A stretch of 64,000 nucleotides of DNA from Lama glama. Taxonomy: Eukaryota. The DNA lies in the NCBI GenBank assembly GCA_028534125.1, contig CM052817.1:21578001-21642000 (forward strand), in the 5' to 3' direction. Of this stretch, positions 39,061-53,615 are shown one piece after another. The notes below the pieces were generated by a model that saw only the letters and a program-made list of their open reading frames with translations, searched no databases and had not been told where the DNA came from. Each line of letters starts with the position of its first letter. Within the stretch, counting starts at the first letter, position 1. The translations under genes and the position numbers were made by a program.

Positions 39061-40399
39061 GCTCTGCCATGTATTTTTACTATTAGTAATAGCATATACC
39101 ATATTTGTTGAGCATCTTATATTGTACAAAACACTTCTGTTCGTCCTTTATTTATTCCTAATAACATTGCAGAGTATGTATATTTCTTTCTTTGAAAGGT
39201 GTCCAACCACACTAGTTATCACCATCTACACTTTGTAAGCAAGTTATGGGTGATTACCCAAGGGCTATAGTATAAGATGGAAAATGTAAAATGTGATAGA
39301 ATAAATGTAGAAAGACAACTCCTAAGAGATTAAAGGAGAGGTTATAGTCTAATCCTGGATCAAGAAATGTTTTATTGAAGAAGAGGAATTGTGATGACCA
39401 TTCGAGCAAAATTTTGACTGCTGAAAATATCTCAGGCAGAGAGAATGCCAACAGTAAGACAAGAAGGTGGAATAATTACAGTAAAATTGTAAAACTCTTC
39501 CTGGAAGTCAACTTCCACATTGTTAGGTGCAGTTACAAGTTGAATGTGCAGTCACATTCACAATACCTCCTAGGTTTCTTCTACGTAAGAAACAATGTGA
39601 ACTGCCCTGAAATATTCCCAAGGTTGTTGGTGGTCCTCAAAGTCTGTGATAACACTGGCTTCCCTTATCAAGCCTTTACTATGCCTCTTGTAAAATCCAG
39701 GATATTAAGATAATTTATAATTAACCAGAAAAGGAAACTTGAGTGAAATCCTTAGTCTAAAGTGTTTTAGTGGTGCGATGTTGGGCAAAGCAATTAATTA
39801 GCTCCTTTTAATCTAGTTTCTCACTTTAAAATAGAGATAAAAAATTGTTAATATTATCTTAAGAGAGATTTCCTTGAGACTCAAATAAGACCGTTATAAA
39901 TTACAAAATGTGATTTATCTATTTCATGTAAAATTCACCACAATAAAAAACATTTCCTCGCTTTGACTTCTTTCTGCTCTTTGAAATGTGTTTTTGTTAC
40001 TAGAAATCAAATAAGAGCTTATTTATATGATATATTTTTGATAACGTATGAAGATAATATAAGTTAGCAATCAAGAACAAGACTCAGAAATAAGAAAGTA
40101 GGAAACTCAATAAATATTTTAGATATTAGGGAAACTAAAGAAATCATAGAAAGGTTACTCAAGAAAATAGAAAACAAAACAAAAATGACAAACAGAAAAC
40201 CCCTCAAAACCTAACAGTATCTGCTGGAGAGTGAACTCAAATTAAGTCAAGCACTCTCACAGGCAGCAGGTCAGAAGAGTTCTGGGTGCTTCAGCTTCTG
40301 CCCAAGTCTCCTCAATTCATGACGAGGAGGCACCCCTCCTTCACTTCCCCGCTCACAGTGCTCCAAGCTTCCCCATCACTCACAGTCTAGACACTCTCA

Positions 40400-43310
40400 A
40401 GGCTGACTCAGTGATCCTCTGGTTAAATCAGTCACCATGAGAAGCCTTGGATAGGTAGATTCTAATCCCTTAGTCAGCTGTGTACAAACTCTTTCTTGAC
40501 TCATTTCTCTACCCCTCAATAAGTTCTGAAGATTTTCCACTGTATCATCTGGAACACAGTTATCAGCCAAGTCCCCTGATGCTCAACAATTTACCTAAAA
40601 TGGTTACCATTTTCCTTTGCCTTCTTGCTCTGATTTGGCTCTCCCATCAGGATTTAGCCTCTTAGGACATCTCTAAACTATTCATTGGCAGTTTCTTTTC
40701 CCATGAATTCTCAGCAGTAAGCTTTGAAGTAGACTAGGTGTTTTTCCACCTCATTCCCAATTTCAGACCATTTTGTCCCTTCCCTCCCTAAAAACAGCCA
40801 GTATTGAATGAAGGTGTCAAGAGTATATCATCTTAAAGCTCCTTGCTTCAGTCATTTGTCAACTTCAAGGTCACTCCCAATCATTCCTTGAAGAGTTAAA
40901 CTATTTCAGTCTCACCCTCACTCATTGTCTTGCCATATTCCTGGCAATGTCAATATTCTCATAGATCATTCTTCTAGCATCCTGGTTTCTCAATTCCTTT
41001 AGTTCTTCTCTTCTACCTGCCTTGTCTCCTATTCTACCTCTCACTTCCTGAACCAAACTCTAGAACATATATCATTACTGAATAATAAGTGAAGCCCCTC
41101 CACAACCTCAAGTTCAAGCACCTAATTATGACTTCACTTCTTTCATGCAGATAACTCTAACCAATACCCAGACACCTACAATTTTTGATCAATTCTGAGA
41201 ATTATATTTTAATAATTATTTTTATACTTCATGGCCTCTCACCTACTTTGTGCCCTCACATCACTTTTTATTCAAATTAAATGTCTTGTTCTAACAATGT
41301 AATCATTTCCTTATTTATAACCTCAGTAATTTTAATACTTTCTTAATACTTTCTCATTCCTCAGATGCCATAAAATAATACCCAGCCTAGTTAAATATCT
41401 GCTGGCTTGGCATTTGTACATGTAACCATGCTAAATAGTCTTACTTTAAGTTACTACCACTCTTTTCAACTGAGCCTTTAATACTGCCTGAAACCCATAC
41501 TACATTTCCCTCATCCATACACTTACCCATGCGCCTAGATAATTATTAAACCTCCTGTTCTTTCTGCTGAGACCTTCAAAATTCTGTCCTCTGTTCTCAC
41601 ACACAGACTATGACCTTGTTAATTACTTTACCAAGAAAATAAAAACAATTATAATAAAAATAAAACTCACAAGCCAACTACCATCACCCTCCCCATTTGT
41701 CTCATGCTTCAGTTTATTAATATGGATTTACTTTCTGCTTTTGTCTAAGACCAACCCATCAAAATGTGCACTATATCTCATATTCTCTCACTTAAAACCA
41801 GCCCATTGTTCCAGTAGTACCTGCTCTTTCCCTATCTAATCGTCCCTATCTGTATACAGTCACACTAATACTTCCCACTTCAAACGTTTAATAAACAAAC
41901 CCATCTCTTGAGTTCATAGCCACTTCATCCCACTCAAGTGTTCAATGCTTTCATTTACAGCAGTGATTCTTTAAAAAATATGTACACTTGAGATCTTCAC
42001 TTTCTCTGCTGCCTGAAACTCATTCCAATCAGTTTTGTCTCTAGCACTCCATATTGCTCTTGTCAGGATCAACAAGAACCTTGACCTTGATAAATCAGAT
42101 TGTCAATCTCAGCTCTCATCTCACTTGACATAGCAATACAATTAACACCGATGATCTCTACTCCCCTTTGTCATACTTTTTCACTTAGCTTCCAGAAAAG
42201 AAACATCCTCCTTTTTCTTCCTATCTCTTGACTGCTTCTAGTTCTTCCCTGTGTCTTTGCAGATTCTAAATAATCTCTCCAACTTTTAACACTGGAATAC
42301 CCAAAGCTCTCACTCAGTTCCTACACTTCTTTTGAGACAGCTAACTTCTTGCCTTGGTAAACTAAGAAACAGTTATATGAGCATAAATATAAATGTGACC
42401 TCATCTTTGTTGTCACATGCAAATATTTTATCTACAAATATAATAAACTGTTGAATGTGTGCATGGCCAGGGAAGTGAGGGGGGTGGTTAAAAAAATAAT
42501 TTCTGCTGTTACAATAGTTTAACATAAGTTCTGGAAAGGAAAAAACTTTTTTCCTAATTTTTTTCCCCAGGCCAAGTCTTCTTAGATAGCCAGCACACAG
42601 TAAAAAGAGCAAGTAAGGGCGGGTGGGTAGCAAGGGGAGAAACTGGTATACTAAGATTTGATTCCTATGTTTGCAAATTATTAATATGACTTACTATTTT
42701 TATTTTGAGATTTCTCAAAATACAGCTAGGAAATAATTCTCTAAATTTTTACAAGTGATAAAACCAGAATTTGGCTTTTCACTCTGGTTCTAAGAATGGT
42801 TTATTTATTTTTCTGATAGTCAAAGACAATCACTCCACTTGATTCCTGATCCCATCTTTCTTTGTCATCTTTAGACCTTACACTATCATTCAGTTACTCT
42901 CTCTTCTCCCTCTCTGACTTTCTAAAATGCTTCATTTCATTTACTCAACAGCCTTGCTGAAATCTCTAGAATCCTAAAATAAATTCATACTTGACATCTC
43001 TAGTAAAATGCCCATATCATTGCCTCAACTTCAATAATCTCTAAAATAATTTTTATATATTTTCCATTAAATATAATATCTCTATTAATTTCCATGCCAA
43101 TGCTCAGCATTGTTATTCAGGTAGTTACCCAGGGTAGAAATCTAGAATTACCTCCTTGATTTAATATCTTCACATCCACCACTTCTAATTAATTACCAAG
43201 TCTTAATATTGTATCTACTAATTTTTTTCTTAAATCTGTACCCCTCCTTTTCATCTTTATAATCATTACTATAATTCAGAACTTCATCATCCATTGTTCA
43301 GAACCTAGTA
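40400..43310 (+). mobile_element. Long L2 LINE relic (ORF2), fragmented
   Basis: Pyrimidine-rich sense L2 text ('cctggcaatgtcaatattc', 'ttgctcttgtcaggatcaacaagaacc...ctcatctcacttgacatagcaatacaattaacacc'); unique sequence at ~42360-42830. Confidence 0.7.
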
Positions 43311-43348
43311 AATTCCTTTGTTTTATATTTTCAAATTTTTTACATTTA

Positions 43349-43386
43349 CACACACACACACACAAACACACACACACGCACACACT
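43349..43386. repeat. (CA)n microsatellite, interrupted
   Basis: Directly visible. Confidence 0.95.
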
Positions 43387-43448
43387 ATATGTTCTGGCCT
43401 TGTTCGCTGAAAAGCCCAGAAACAAACATGTACCTGATTTTTGATTTC

Positions 43449-43954
43449 TGTTATAATTGGCATCTAAGATTTAACCCAATGATACTTACCTTCCCCTGTC
43501 ATTACCCTATGTAGTTCATTCTTACACTGAATCAGGGTTTGAATGACCAAGAGATACCACATGTGATAATGTGTGCTTTCCAAGACTAGGTCATAACAGA
43601 CACTAACACATTTATCTTATTTTCTTGAATCTATCAATCTGAGGGAAGCCAGTCACATTATCATGAGAACACTCAAGCCATCCTGGGGAGACACCCACAT
43701 TGAAGAGGATGCTAAGGTCTCCATCAAACAACCAATACCAACCTGACAACCATATGAGTGATCCATGTGGCTCCCTCAGCCCCAGTCAAACTGTCAGATC
43801 ACTGCAGATCCAGTGGGACAACTAACTAAGAAAACTCATAAGAAGTCCTAGCCAGAAATACCCAGACTGAATCCCTGACCCACAGCAACCGTAAGAGATA
43901 ATAAATGTTTAATATTATTTTAAGCCACTGAATGTTGAGGAAACTAGTTAGACA
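43449..43954 (+). mobile_element. MaLR LTR (MLT1F-like)
   Basis: 'ttccaagactaggtcataa...cagccccagtcaaactgtcagat...gagataataaatgttt...ttttaagccactgaatgttg'. Confidence 0.8.
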
Positions 43955-43959
43955 ATAGT

Positions 43960-45265
43960 TCTTAATAAAGGTTCTTAATACCATTAATTGCCATAAGAAA
44001 CTACAAACCCTTGGGAAAATGACTGAGTCTAGGTCGCGGGCAGGGAAGCTAGATGATGAGACTAAAACATCTTACTTCGCAAGAAAGTAAGGAAATGCTT
44101 AAAAATAATGATGGGGTGATGTGGCAAAGTGCTGGAGGAGCTGGTCTGGCAATGTTCCAACTAGTCAGACTGGTGCAATTTAGCAGCCAAAATATATAGG
44201 TATATTAACGGTTTTGTTGAACAAAGTCAGAATCTGAGTCTGTATTGAAAATAATCACATGTACATATGTATCTATGTGTACATAAATATATAAATAAAT
44301 TAAAGAATAAATAGTGGAGAAGGGAAATTCTTTATTTCAGCATAGAATCAACTAATAAGTAGAGAAGGAAATGTATTGTTAAAACAATTACCTTTGCAAC
44401 CAACACAGTATGAATCGATTCTGGCAAGAATCAACAATACATGCTTCATTAGTAAGAGCAGAGCATCTGATGAGGAATAAGATATGTGTATATTCTTATA
44501 GGATCTCTTCTCAAATTATTTATTAGTTACAAAAGGAAAAGGTATAATTATGAAGTGGATAAAACGGACATTTTAACCAAGTGAGCAAAAATAACACTGC
44601 TGATAAATTGCAAAGGAACATCCCAGGCCTCCACTGTGATGTCCTGAGGAGGACACAGAATCACGTTAAGAATTGTGCCAGCCAGAAATGCATAAACTGA
44701 ATCTAATCATGAGGAAACATCAGACAAATCCAGACTGAGAGATAGTCTATAAAATAACTGCCTTGCATTCTTCAAGGAATCTCAATGTCAAGAAAGTCAA
44801 AAAAAGGCTGAGGAACTGTCCCAGATGAAAGAAAGCTAAAGAGACATGCAAACTTTATTCATGACATAGCCTGGGTAGGATCCCGCACAGAGAATGGTCC
44901 TACACAGGATATTATTGGCACAATTGAACAAACTGGAGTGGAGATAGTGGGTTAAAGTATTGCATTACTGTTAAATTCCATAAATGTATTAATTTCACTG
45001 AGGTTATTTAAGGAAATCTCCTTATCCTTAGTAAACGAAGGTTGAAACATTAAAAGGATAAAAGGTGACAATTCCTGAAACCTACACTCCTATGTTAAAA
45101 AATGCATACAACACACACACACACACAGGATATTTTGAGAGAGACAAAGGCAAAACAGAGAGACAGAGACAGACAAATTGCAGAGGAAATAAGCTAATAA
45201 TTGGTAAAATTGCACAGGGGAGATTTTATTCCTGCAACCTATACCAAACTTGAAATTATAATTCT
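43960..45265 (+). mobile_element. Old L1 3' UTR (L1MC3/4-like)
   Basis: 'ctgaatctaatcatgaggaaacatcagacaaatccagactgagag...ggctgaggaactgtcccagat' hallmark. Confidence 0.8.
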
Positions 45266-48200
45266 TAGGGAAATTTTCATTCCTTTAACATTTTATATCA
45301 AATTAGAGCCTTTTTTGACAGCACAGAAAATGTGAAAATGTAAGAAGTGAAAAATAATTCCATTTTTGGTGGTCAAAAGGAAGAGAGAGGAGTCAACTTC
45401 TGTATATGGAAAGCCAGTGAAAATTTCTATTAAATAAAGACAACATCATGGGCATGGTGGGGATGGGGGAGGAGGAGACAGGTTATAATAAAGAAACTCA
45501 TCCTAGAGGTCAAAGGGGCTCAGGATTTATCTAGGCAATGGTAAGCAGGCTGTAACTCTCTCTTTGTCCAGACCAGTGTTGATTCTCTGCTACACTTGGA
45601 AATTTTTGTAGTGCTATGAATTTCACCTAATCATATATGGAAAACTAAAATTGTATTTTTTAATTGAATCTAACGATATAACTTTCAGCCTTCAATTTCA
45701 ATTTTTTATATCCAATTCAGAATTTCTCAGTAAATCCACATTTCTTCCTTTTCATCTGTTCTTTTTTCCCTAGATGGGATCTCAATAGATGGGAGTGACG
45801 TGTGGGGTGATCTAAGTAAGGGGAAGGTATGAGAGGAATCACATAGGCAGAATTAAGAAGGTAACACAGGTTTTCTTTCTTTATCAATCTTTGGTTTAGG
45901 GCAGCATCTGTTTTCGTCTCTTCAGGCTTTATTTCCACATCACCCACTGCTGAGCTGCCCTTGTCTCCCTCACTCCCCAAACACTTGTGACGACGCTCCT
46001 TTATGAACACAAGCCAGTTATTTTACAGACTGTTACGTCACTGAAGGGACTCTTTCCCTTCCTCAGGTATAAGGCCTTTTTGGTGCCACTGGCCCAATCT
46101 TAGCTTTCTTTTTAAGAGATATGGGACATTTTAATAATCTACTGTACCCCACAGAGTCATTGGAAGTTGCAGAAATGAGTATTTCAGACACTTGCTGAAC
46201 AAACACATTTTTTTCCCTATTATAACTCTTCTTTATTGATACACTGGGGAAAGTGGAAGCCTTTATCAGCGACATCCATGGTCCACTTTGTCATCTTCTT
46301 TTCTATGCAATCTTTGTAGGGATCTGCCTAGATTATTTCCTTTTGTTGGAGAACTGGCTCTTATATACTCAACATATACCTTTCACACCCCCCACACCAA
46401 GACACACATACACACGTGCTCACATGTGCAAAAACTAAGTTTATGCTCTGAATCTGCCAAACTCTTAACATTTGAATTACACAAACAAATCCAGTTTTCA
46501 TTCTAAAAAATCTTACCTCTTGGAAATCTCAAATCACCTGATTTATTAGATATCTGCCCCTGCTTTTTGAACTTTACAAAACTTATTAAGGTATTCAGTG
46601 ACTCCTTTTTTCCTCTGGTTATTTTCTGTGCTCTCTTTCCCAGAGAAAATAAAATCTTTTAGGCCTGGTAGCCATTGATCCAGTGAAGGCTAGGGAAGGT
46701 AGTATTAGAAACAGCAAGAGCAGAATGACTTTAATATTGTCAGAGTTTTATCTCATTTTTCAACTTATAATGTAGTTAATGTTTAGCTCGTCAGTGTATT
46801 TATACATTCCTACTTTATTCCAGGAAGTATCGAAGGCACATTTGGATGGCTAAACCATAGTTTCTGTCCTCTGGGTAGCCATGGTAAATACAGAGGGAAA
46901 GTATGTTCATTAGCATTCAAAGAATGGACCTTAAACTTGTCACAGTTGGGGGTCAGTTTAGGAGTGACTTCCAGAGGAGTTCTGATACTCTGGACTTCAG
47001 GCAAGACTGCGGAGCAGCCTCTGCCACCTCAGCAGAGCTTGTGTATCTGGAAGTGTCTTGTAATCCGTAAGATATATGGCTTTAGAGTTTGTTTCATCAA
47101 CCTACCTCTGAGCCCTACTGAACAGCAGTGATAGAAACAGCCACTAGAAACGGAGCCCTTTAATATATCTGGTCTTGCAACAGTGAAACAATATTCATCA
47201 TAGCACAGCTCTACTGAGCCGCACATGTGCAGAAAATAGAAGCCAGCAGGATACCCAACTGCTGCTGTAAAGTGAGCCGAAATGGGGGTAATCACAAGCA
47301 GAGAGGGCAGTAGAAACATGTTAAGGATTCACAGAAGCACAGCCTCAAGCAATGTAGCATAACTGAATATATGAGAAGGGGCATGCTGCTGAAGGAATGA
47401 AAGAAGAAACTTGCTCTTAAAAAATCGATTTCAGATGAAACAAGACAGTGTCATGCATCTATAGGCAGCTCTGTTCATTTCTGGTTTTAAATAACGAAGA
47501 TAAGCATGCAGGTCAAATACTGTCAGAAAGTGTGCATTTATCTAAGGTATTTGAGTTGTACTATAGTCATTTTTACTTACTATTTTTCTGGTTAAATTAA
47601 CAATTATTTCACACAATAGATCAAAAATGATTTTTTTTTTAATTTCTTAAAAGATACTGAAAGTGAATTTGGAAGGCAGATGGTACATTTGTTCCTCTCC
47701 TTCTCTTGACCTTTAAGGATTATGTATTAATATAGCAAAAATCAGGAAAAAATCTAAAAAAGGAAACAACGAAGGTGAGATTACTTTTGTTTATACATTG
47801 TCACAGCGTAACACAAAGTAATAAATCTGCTTTTTAGGGGTAGCTTATGGAAATCACTCTCACTATTTCAGACATGTATATTTATTCATTCAGTTCATTC
47901 AACAAGTATTTCCCCAGTGATGTATGCATCACACCTGGAGACGAGGGATGCAGGCAGAGACTATTGGCATGCATGGTAGGAGCTTTTACTTTTCCTTCCA
48001 GAGTTTAGCTCAAGGTAGGTTAAGGGAGTAAACTTATTTCCATGCAGGAAACATTGCTGACTCCATATAACAAGTACTTAGTTCTCACAGACTAAAATTC
48101 TGGCAAACATCCATTGAACCTTAGAACAACTTCCAGAATTACAATGACTTTAGATACAGAGTCAACAGTACATTATTATGGTGAAAGTATCCTTTTTTTC

Positions 48201-50969
48201 GCCCTGCCTGTAGAAAATTTTGTGGCAAAGGTGAGCTAAAAGGTTGTAAATGAAAGAAAATGTAAGGGAATTAAACAACCAGTAAATAATTAGAAAGGAT
48301 AATTTAATCTAAAAGGATTATGAAAGCACACAGAGGCTTTTCAAGGTCAATTTTTTAGATAGTTCAATTTCAGTGTATTTTTTAAGCTGATTCAATTGAG
48401 GTCATTTAAAATTTTGCAAGATGGCTTTCTTTATTCTCTAAGGCATTAGTGAGGTACAATTTAATTGAACTACCTGGAAAGTGAGTGAATTTGATTATAA
48501 ACATACATAGACAATTACTCAGTTTAAGCTAGTTGAACGCCATTCACTTCAGTGAGGATTTTATGCGCGTTCCCCATTCCTTATTAGCTGTGCAGTTATT
48601 GCCTCGGTGGACACATTTACCAATTTCTGTTGAAGAGTGGAACTATTGAAGAAGAGAAGGCACAAAGTGAAGGGGTGGTTTTCTCCTTCTGACTGTAACC
48701 CTAGGGGCTTTATTTACAGCAGCTTTGAATTAGCTGCAAAGCATAGCACTTCCACATTCTTTTTAATAAAAGGGGTTATTTTCATTTCCTAATAAAAGTT
48801 CTTTCCCTCCAGTACAGGGCAAACTTCTCAGATTCTGCAAAGATCAAAGGTCGAGACTATAAATCCTTCTTTTTTTCAAAGTCAGTTTCCATACCCTGTG
48901 AGTTTTATTATTCAGCCTAGAGTGGACAGGTTTCAGTGTTTAATGGAAGTAAAAGGAATAGTATTTCTAAAACCCTAAAATGTTAATGGCGGAAAAAAAT
49001 CACTGTTTAGACTGTATTGAGTTGTTATTTCCTTGCATGCCTTCCTTTTCTTATTAATTACTTATTTATTTATGCATGAAGAAATAATGCTGTTTCTGAT
49101 TTTATTCCACAAACTCATCCAAGAAATTCTGTTCTGGAATGTAACACTTAGAACAAAAACCATCATTCAGCTAAGCACTTATTCTTGGGTTTCATGTTTA
49201 TGTCATTCGAGATTGTCATCTCTAAGCGGAGGAGATAATAAGTCAGAACCTGTCAGCCTTATTAAATTTGGCTAGCCTCTTTGCCCCATTGCTGAATGCT
49301 TCCTGGTTGAAATCAACCCCCTGAGAATAAGGATTATTCTTAAGGTGATTGAAATAATACTCTTTTGTGCTGGCAAACTGCTATTCTATTTTTTGCTTTA
49401 GTGAAACCCAAATTCAAAATTACAATTTTGTAGAAAATATTTGAGTATAAGAAGATTATGTTTATAGTGTTAATTGGTATGTCTCTATCAGTAAGCACGG
49501 AATAAATCTGTTAACATTTTGAAAGTGCTCAAAATTTCTTTGGACTGTGAAAATTCCATTTCATTATCCTTAGAGTATTAGGTATACTAATAAGAGAGTG
49601 AATTATTATCATTTTTTCTCATAAGCACATCTTGGCATGTATACACTTTAACATTCAAAATTCCTCCCAAAATTAAACCATAATCAAGATGTTCAGTTTT
49701 ATCAATAATATCATGTGACTGTTGGGTCCTGCCAGATTCCTCATTGTTTTTGATATGCACATGATCTAGTAATATTTATTACAAACTCAAGTGAAATCAT
49801 CTTGTCCTCAAAAATGTATGGTAAATACCTTTTCACTTCTATCAGACCTTAATAAATAATGTCATGTCTTTTAACTAACTCTCAAGGAGTTAATTTTCAA
49901 CCATAGTACCATTTATTTTGAGACCTTCATGAGGTTTTCCACAATCTTTCTAAGTCAGTCTTCATACACATAACGTGATAAGGGAACACAATTCTCATAA
50001 AAGTGTCCACATAATTTTAAACAAAATGAGAGGCTTTCTCAGAAAACTCACCCTCTTCTCTTTTCTATATGCACTCCTGGAAAAATGTTAATCTTTAATT
50101 TAAATGTGTTCAGTTGACTTCCTCTCCTTTATGCTAGGCCAGATCTTCATTATCCATCACCTTAGACTAGGGAAATGATTGCCTAAAGTGCCTCCCATTC
50201 CTTGCCTACATTACTCACAACGCTGTGCCTGCTCATACATTGCTACCACTAATGCACAGATTTCTCCATGATTATCTGCCAAAATCAGAGTAGGATTTTA
50301 GCCAGGCATTCAGGGTTGACCTCAACCTGTGCCAAGTCTCCTTTTCTAATCTTACCATTCTGTTCTCTCCTGCACAGCCTAATGTGAAAGAATAAATCAT
50401 ACAACACCCCACTTTGCAAAAGCCTTAAGGCTTCTCCAAAGGCATTTTCTCTACCTGGAAATTGTTTTAACTCATTTCAAACTATTGGAATTATTGCAAT
50501 TCTACCAAGCCCTGCTCAAAAATAATCCATATGCTAATGTTTTCCCAAGAAGAAATTCTTTCTCACTTTTGAACAGCAATATTTTGTGCATGATATATGA
50601 AATTTAGTACATTTCATTTTCATATTTTAAATATACGTTATAGTTCTCATTTTCAGTTGAATTTTTTAGGTAGCTTTCAATTTATACTTTGTGAGTAGTA
50701 CTTTTGAAATAGTATCTTTGAAATAATTATTGGCTTTAATTAATTAGTTAATTCAAAAAGTATTAGTAAAGAGCTTGTTAAGTTAAAAATAATTATAAAA
50801 CAGTAACAGTATTAATAGGTAATACTTTTTGAACACCAGCTCTGTTAGGAAACATTTTTAGTGTTTTATGTTTATCAAATTATGGTTATTCTAAAAAAAA
50901 ATAGAGATTATTAGAACTACCCTTATTTTACAAATAAGGACACTGTTAACTAACTAAATGACCTTTTTA

Positions 50970-51150
50970 AGGGGTGTCTCTTCCTTTTCTTGTAAGAACA
51001 CCAGTCCTATAAGTTAGAGCATCACCCTTATGACTGCATTTTGGCCTTAATTACTTCCTTGTTGGCCTTATCTCCAAATGCAGTGACATTGAGGGCAAAG
51101 GCTTCAACATACGAATTTAAGGGGGAGGGTACGTAATTCAGTCCATAACG
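50970..51150 (-). mobile_element. MLT1A/B LTR fragment
   Basis: 'cttgtaagaacaccagtc...tatctccaaatgcagtgacatt...cttcaacatacgaattt...aattcagtccataac'. Confidence 0.8.
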
Positions 51151-52609
51151 AGTTCAGTCTTCAGATGCTTACTCTGTAGAGAGACTACAGAGAATAATCA
51201 TTTTGATGACATTCGTATATATATGTTCCCATGAAGTGTGATCAGAAAAATTACATACTAAAAGATTAATAGCTATTCTATAATATGAGTCTGCAGTTGT
51301 TTAACGATGATTCTTAAATCTCAAGGAAAATGTTAAGAATATGGAAGTCCCAAATTCAATAATGATTGCTGTTCAGCATCAAAATATTTTCAAAATCATT
51401 CCTTTTCTCTTCTATTCAGAAATAAGAGCTACAGCCTGGCTGATATCAATAAATATCAACAAATTATATGTATACAAGTCTGTATTTGTGCAAGGGTTTT
51501 TAGATTTCTCCTTTTTTACTGTTGAAAACTTCAGAATTACACTAGAGATTCTAATTGTTCTTGCTGCTTGTGTAACTGACTCACAGACCACCAAAAAACT
51601 TAAAAAAAAATCATCAAATAATCTCTTGACAATATGGAAACATCTGTCACCTTGTAATCTGGAGCACAATACTGCCAATTTATTTTTTCTTTTCCTCTCC
51701 ATATAGTGTCAGTTATTACTAAATTTAAAATGAAAGTTAGATAAAAATACATATCTTGGTATTAATCTTTATCTAATTTTATCTATTTAACCATTAAAAA
51801 ATAACTGTACTTTAACCCAAAATAAAATTTATTTTGTTTATCTATGTATTGCAGCAATATTAATATATACTAACTCAAATGTTCCTTTCTTTTGTAAGAA
51901 ACATAGCTTAATGGTATTTCCAACATGAATGGAATTAAGGAATCAAGTGTTCAAATTAAGCTGCTTAGTTTTTCTCTGAGTCCAATGTCTGATTTAATCT
52001 CATTTCAGTCTATTGAAACAAAAGATAAAAAGAGTATAACATTGTGAAATCCTTGATTTGATGCTGATTTGTAGTGACATTTTATCAATACATTTTTCTT
52101 TCCCTTTTCTTCTTATTAAGCCATTATTTCTAGCTGTGTTCTTTGTTTCCTGGTTAATTATAATCATCATTTTTTAAGGATGTTTCTATAGAATCAAGAA
52201 ATAAAATAAGAGTAAAACTACACAAATTTAAATCTTACCAATTTTGTATTTGACAGAAATTAGGCTGTCTAAAGGATATTTCACCTTAGCTTAACAAATT
52301 CTCTCGCTATTAAAAAAAAAGTAATATATGCACAATAAAAATGTTTTAGCTTCATAAGGAAACAAATTACTTTTAAGCAAATTCAAACTCCAGCTTGCTC
52401 TCTCTTCCTCTCCCACAATTTATACAATAAAATGAAGTGTTTCATCTTTGTGTATGTGTATGTATTAATATATACATACATATATACATTCTTGTATCTG
52501 TATATAGGTCATCTTCATATATACATACATATACATATATAATACATACATTTGACATGGTACATAGAAATTATTCTATTTATTCATTCATTTTAAAAGC
52601 CTAAGTTCA

Positions 52610-53615
52610 AAAAAACTATTAATCATTATTAATCATATAAGAAGATATAGATCAATTGGGCTTTAATTGATGAGTTTAATTCATCAAAAAATTCGATTAA
52701 GAAAATGAAATATGAAAGTCATAACGTGAGAATGAAATTTGCCACAGATAAAGCATACAAAGGATACGGATCTAAATTTCAAAAATAACATTCAAAACAA
52801 TAAAAAGGTAGATGAGCAAGTTTTAATACAACTAAGTTTTGAACTGGCACTGCTCTCATGTGATATCTATATCTAAAATATATAAAGTGTGCTCAACATC
52901 ATTCACCATCAAAGAAATGTAAATTTAAACCATTATTAGGTGGCATTAAACACTCAACTGAAAGGCTAAAATTAGAAGACTGATATGACCAAGTTTTGTC
53001 AAAGAAGTAGAGCAACTAGAACTTCTATATTACTTGTGTCAATGGACATTAATACAATTATTTTGGGAAATATTTGCATTATTAAATAAAATAATCATGA
53101 ATGTATGATAAAGCCTGGTGTTTCTTTTCCTGATATATGCCCCAAAGAAATGGATGCCTGGATATTCCAAAAACATGTATAAAAAATATTCATAACTGCC
53201 TCAAATCAGAAGCAATGTAAATGTCATCAAATGGATAAAAATGAAATAAACTACTTTATTCATACAATGAATAAAGCAAGAAAAATAAGAACATGAAACA
53301 AAATGGGTGAATCTCACAGACATAATGTAGGGAGAATGAAGCCAAGACACAAATGAGTAGAATCTGCAGAATGTTATTTATATTAATAGACAAAAATATT
53401 TTATGCAGATGGAGATCAAGATAGGGGTTACCATTGGGGAGGAATGTTAACTGAGGAGGAGCATAAGGGTACATTCTGGAGTGCCGGAAATAGTCAATAA
53501 CTTGATCTTGGTTGAATTTCCATGATGTATGCTCTCAACTCATCTTCACTTACATTGAGTTGGACCCTTAAGACTTCTGTATATGGCTTCATATGAGACA
53601 TATCTTAATTTTAAG
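52610..53615 (+). mobile_element. Ancient L1 (L1ME-like) ORF2 end and 3' UTR
   Basis: 'tgctcaacatcattcaccatcaaagaaatgtaaattt...gaagtagagcaactagaact...gggtgaatctcacagacataatg'. Confidence 0.75.
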
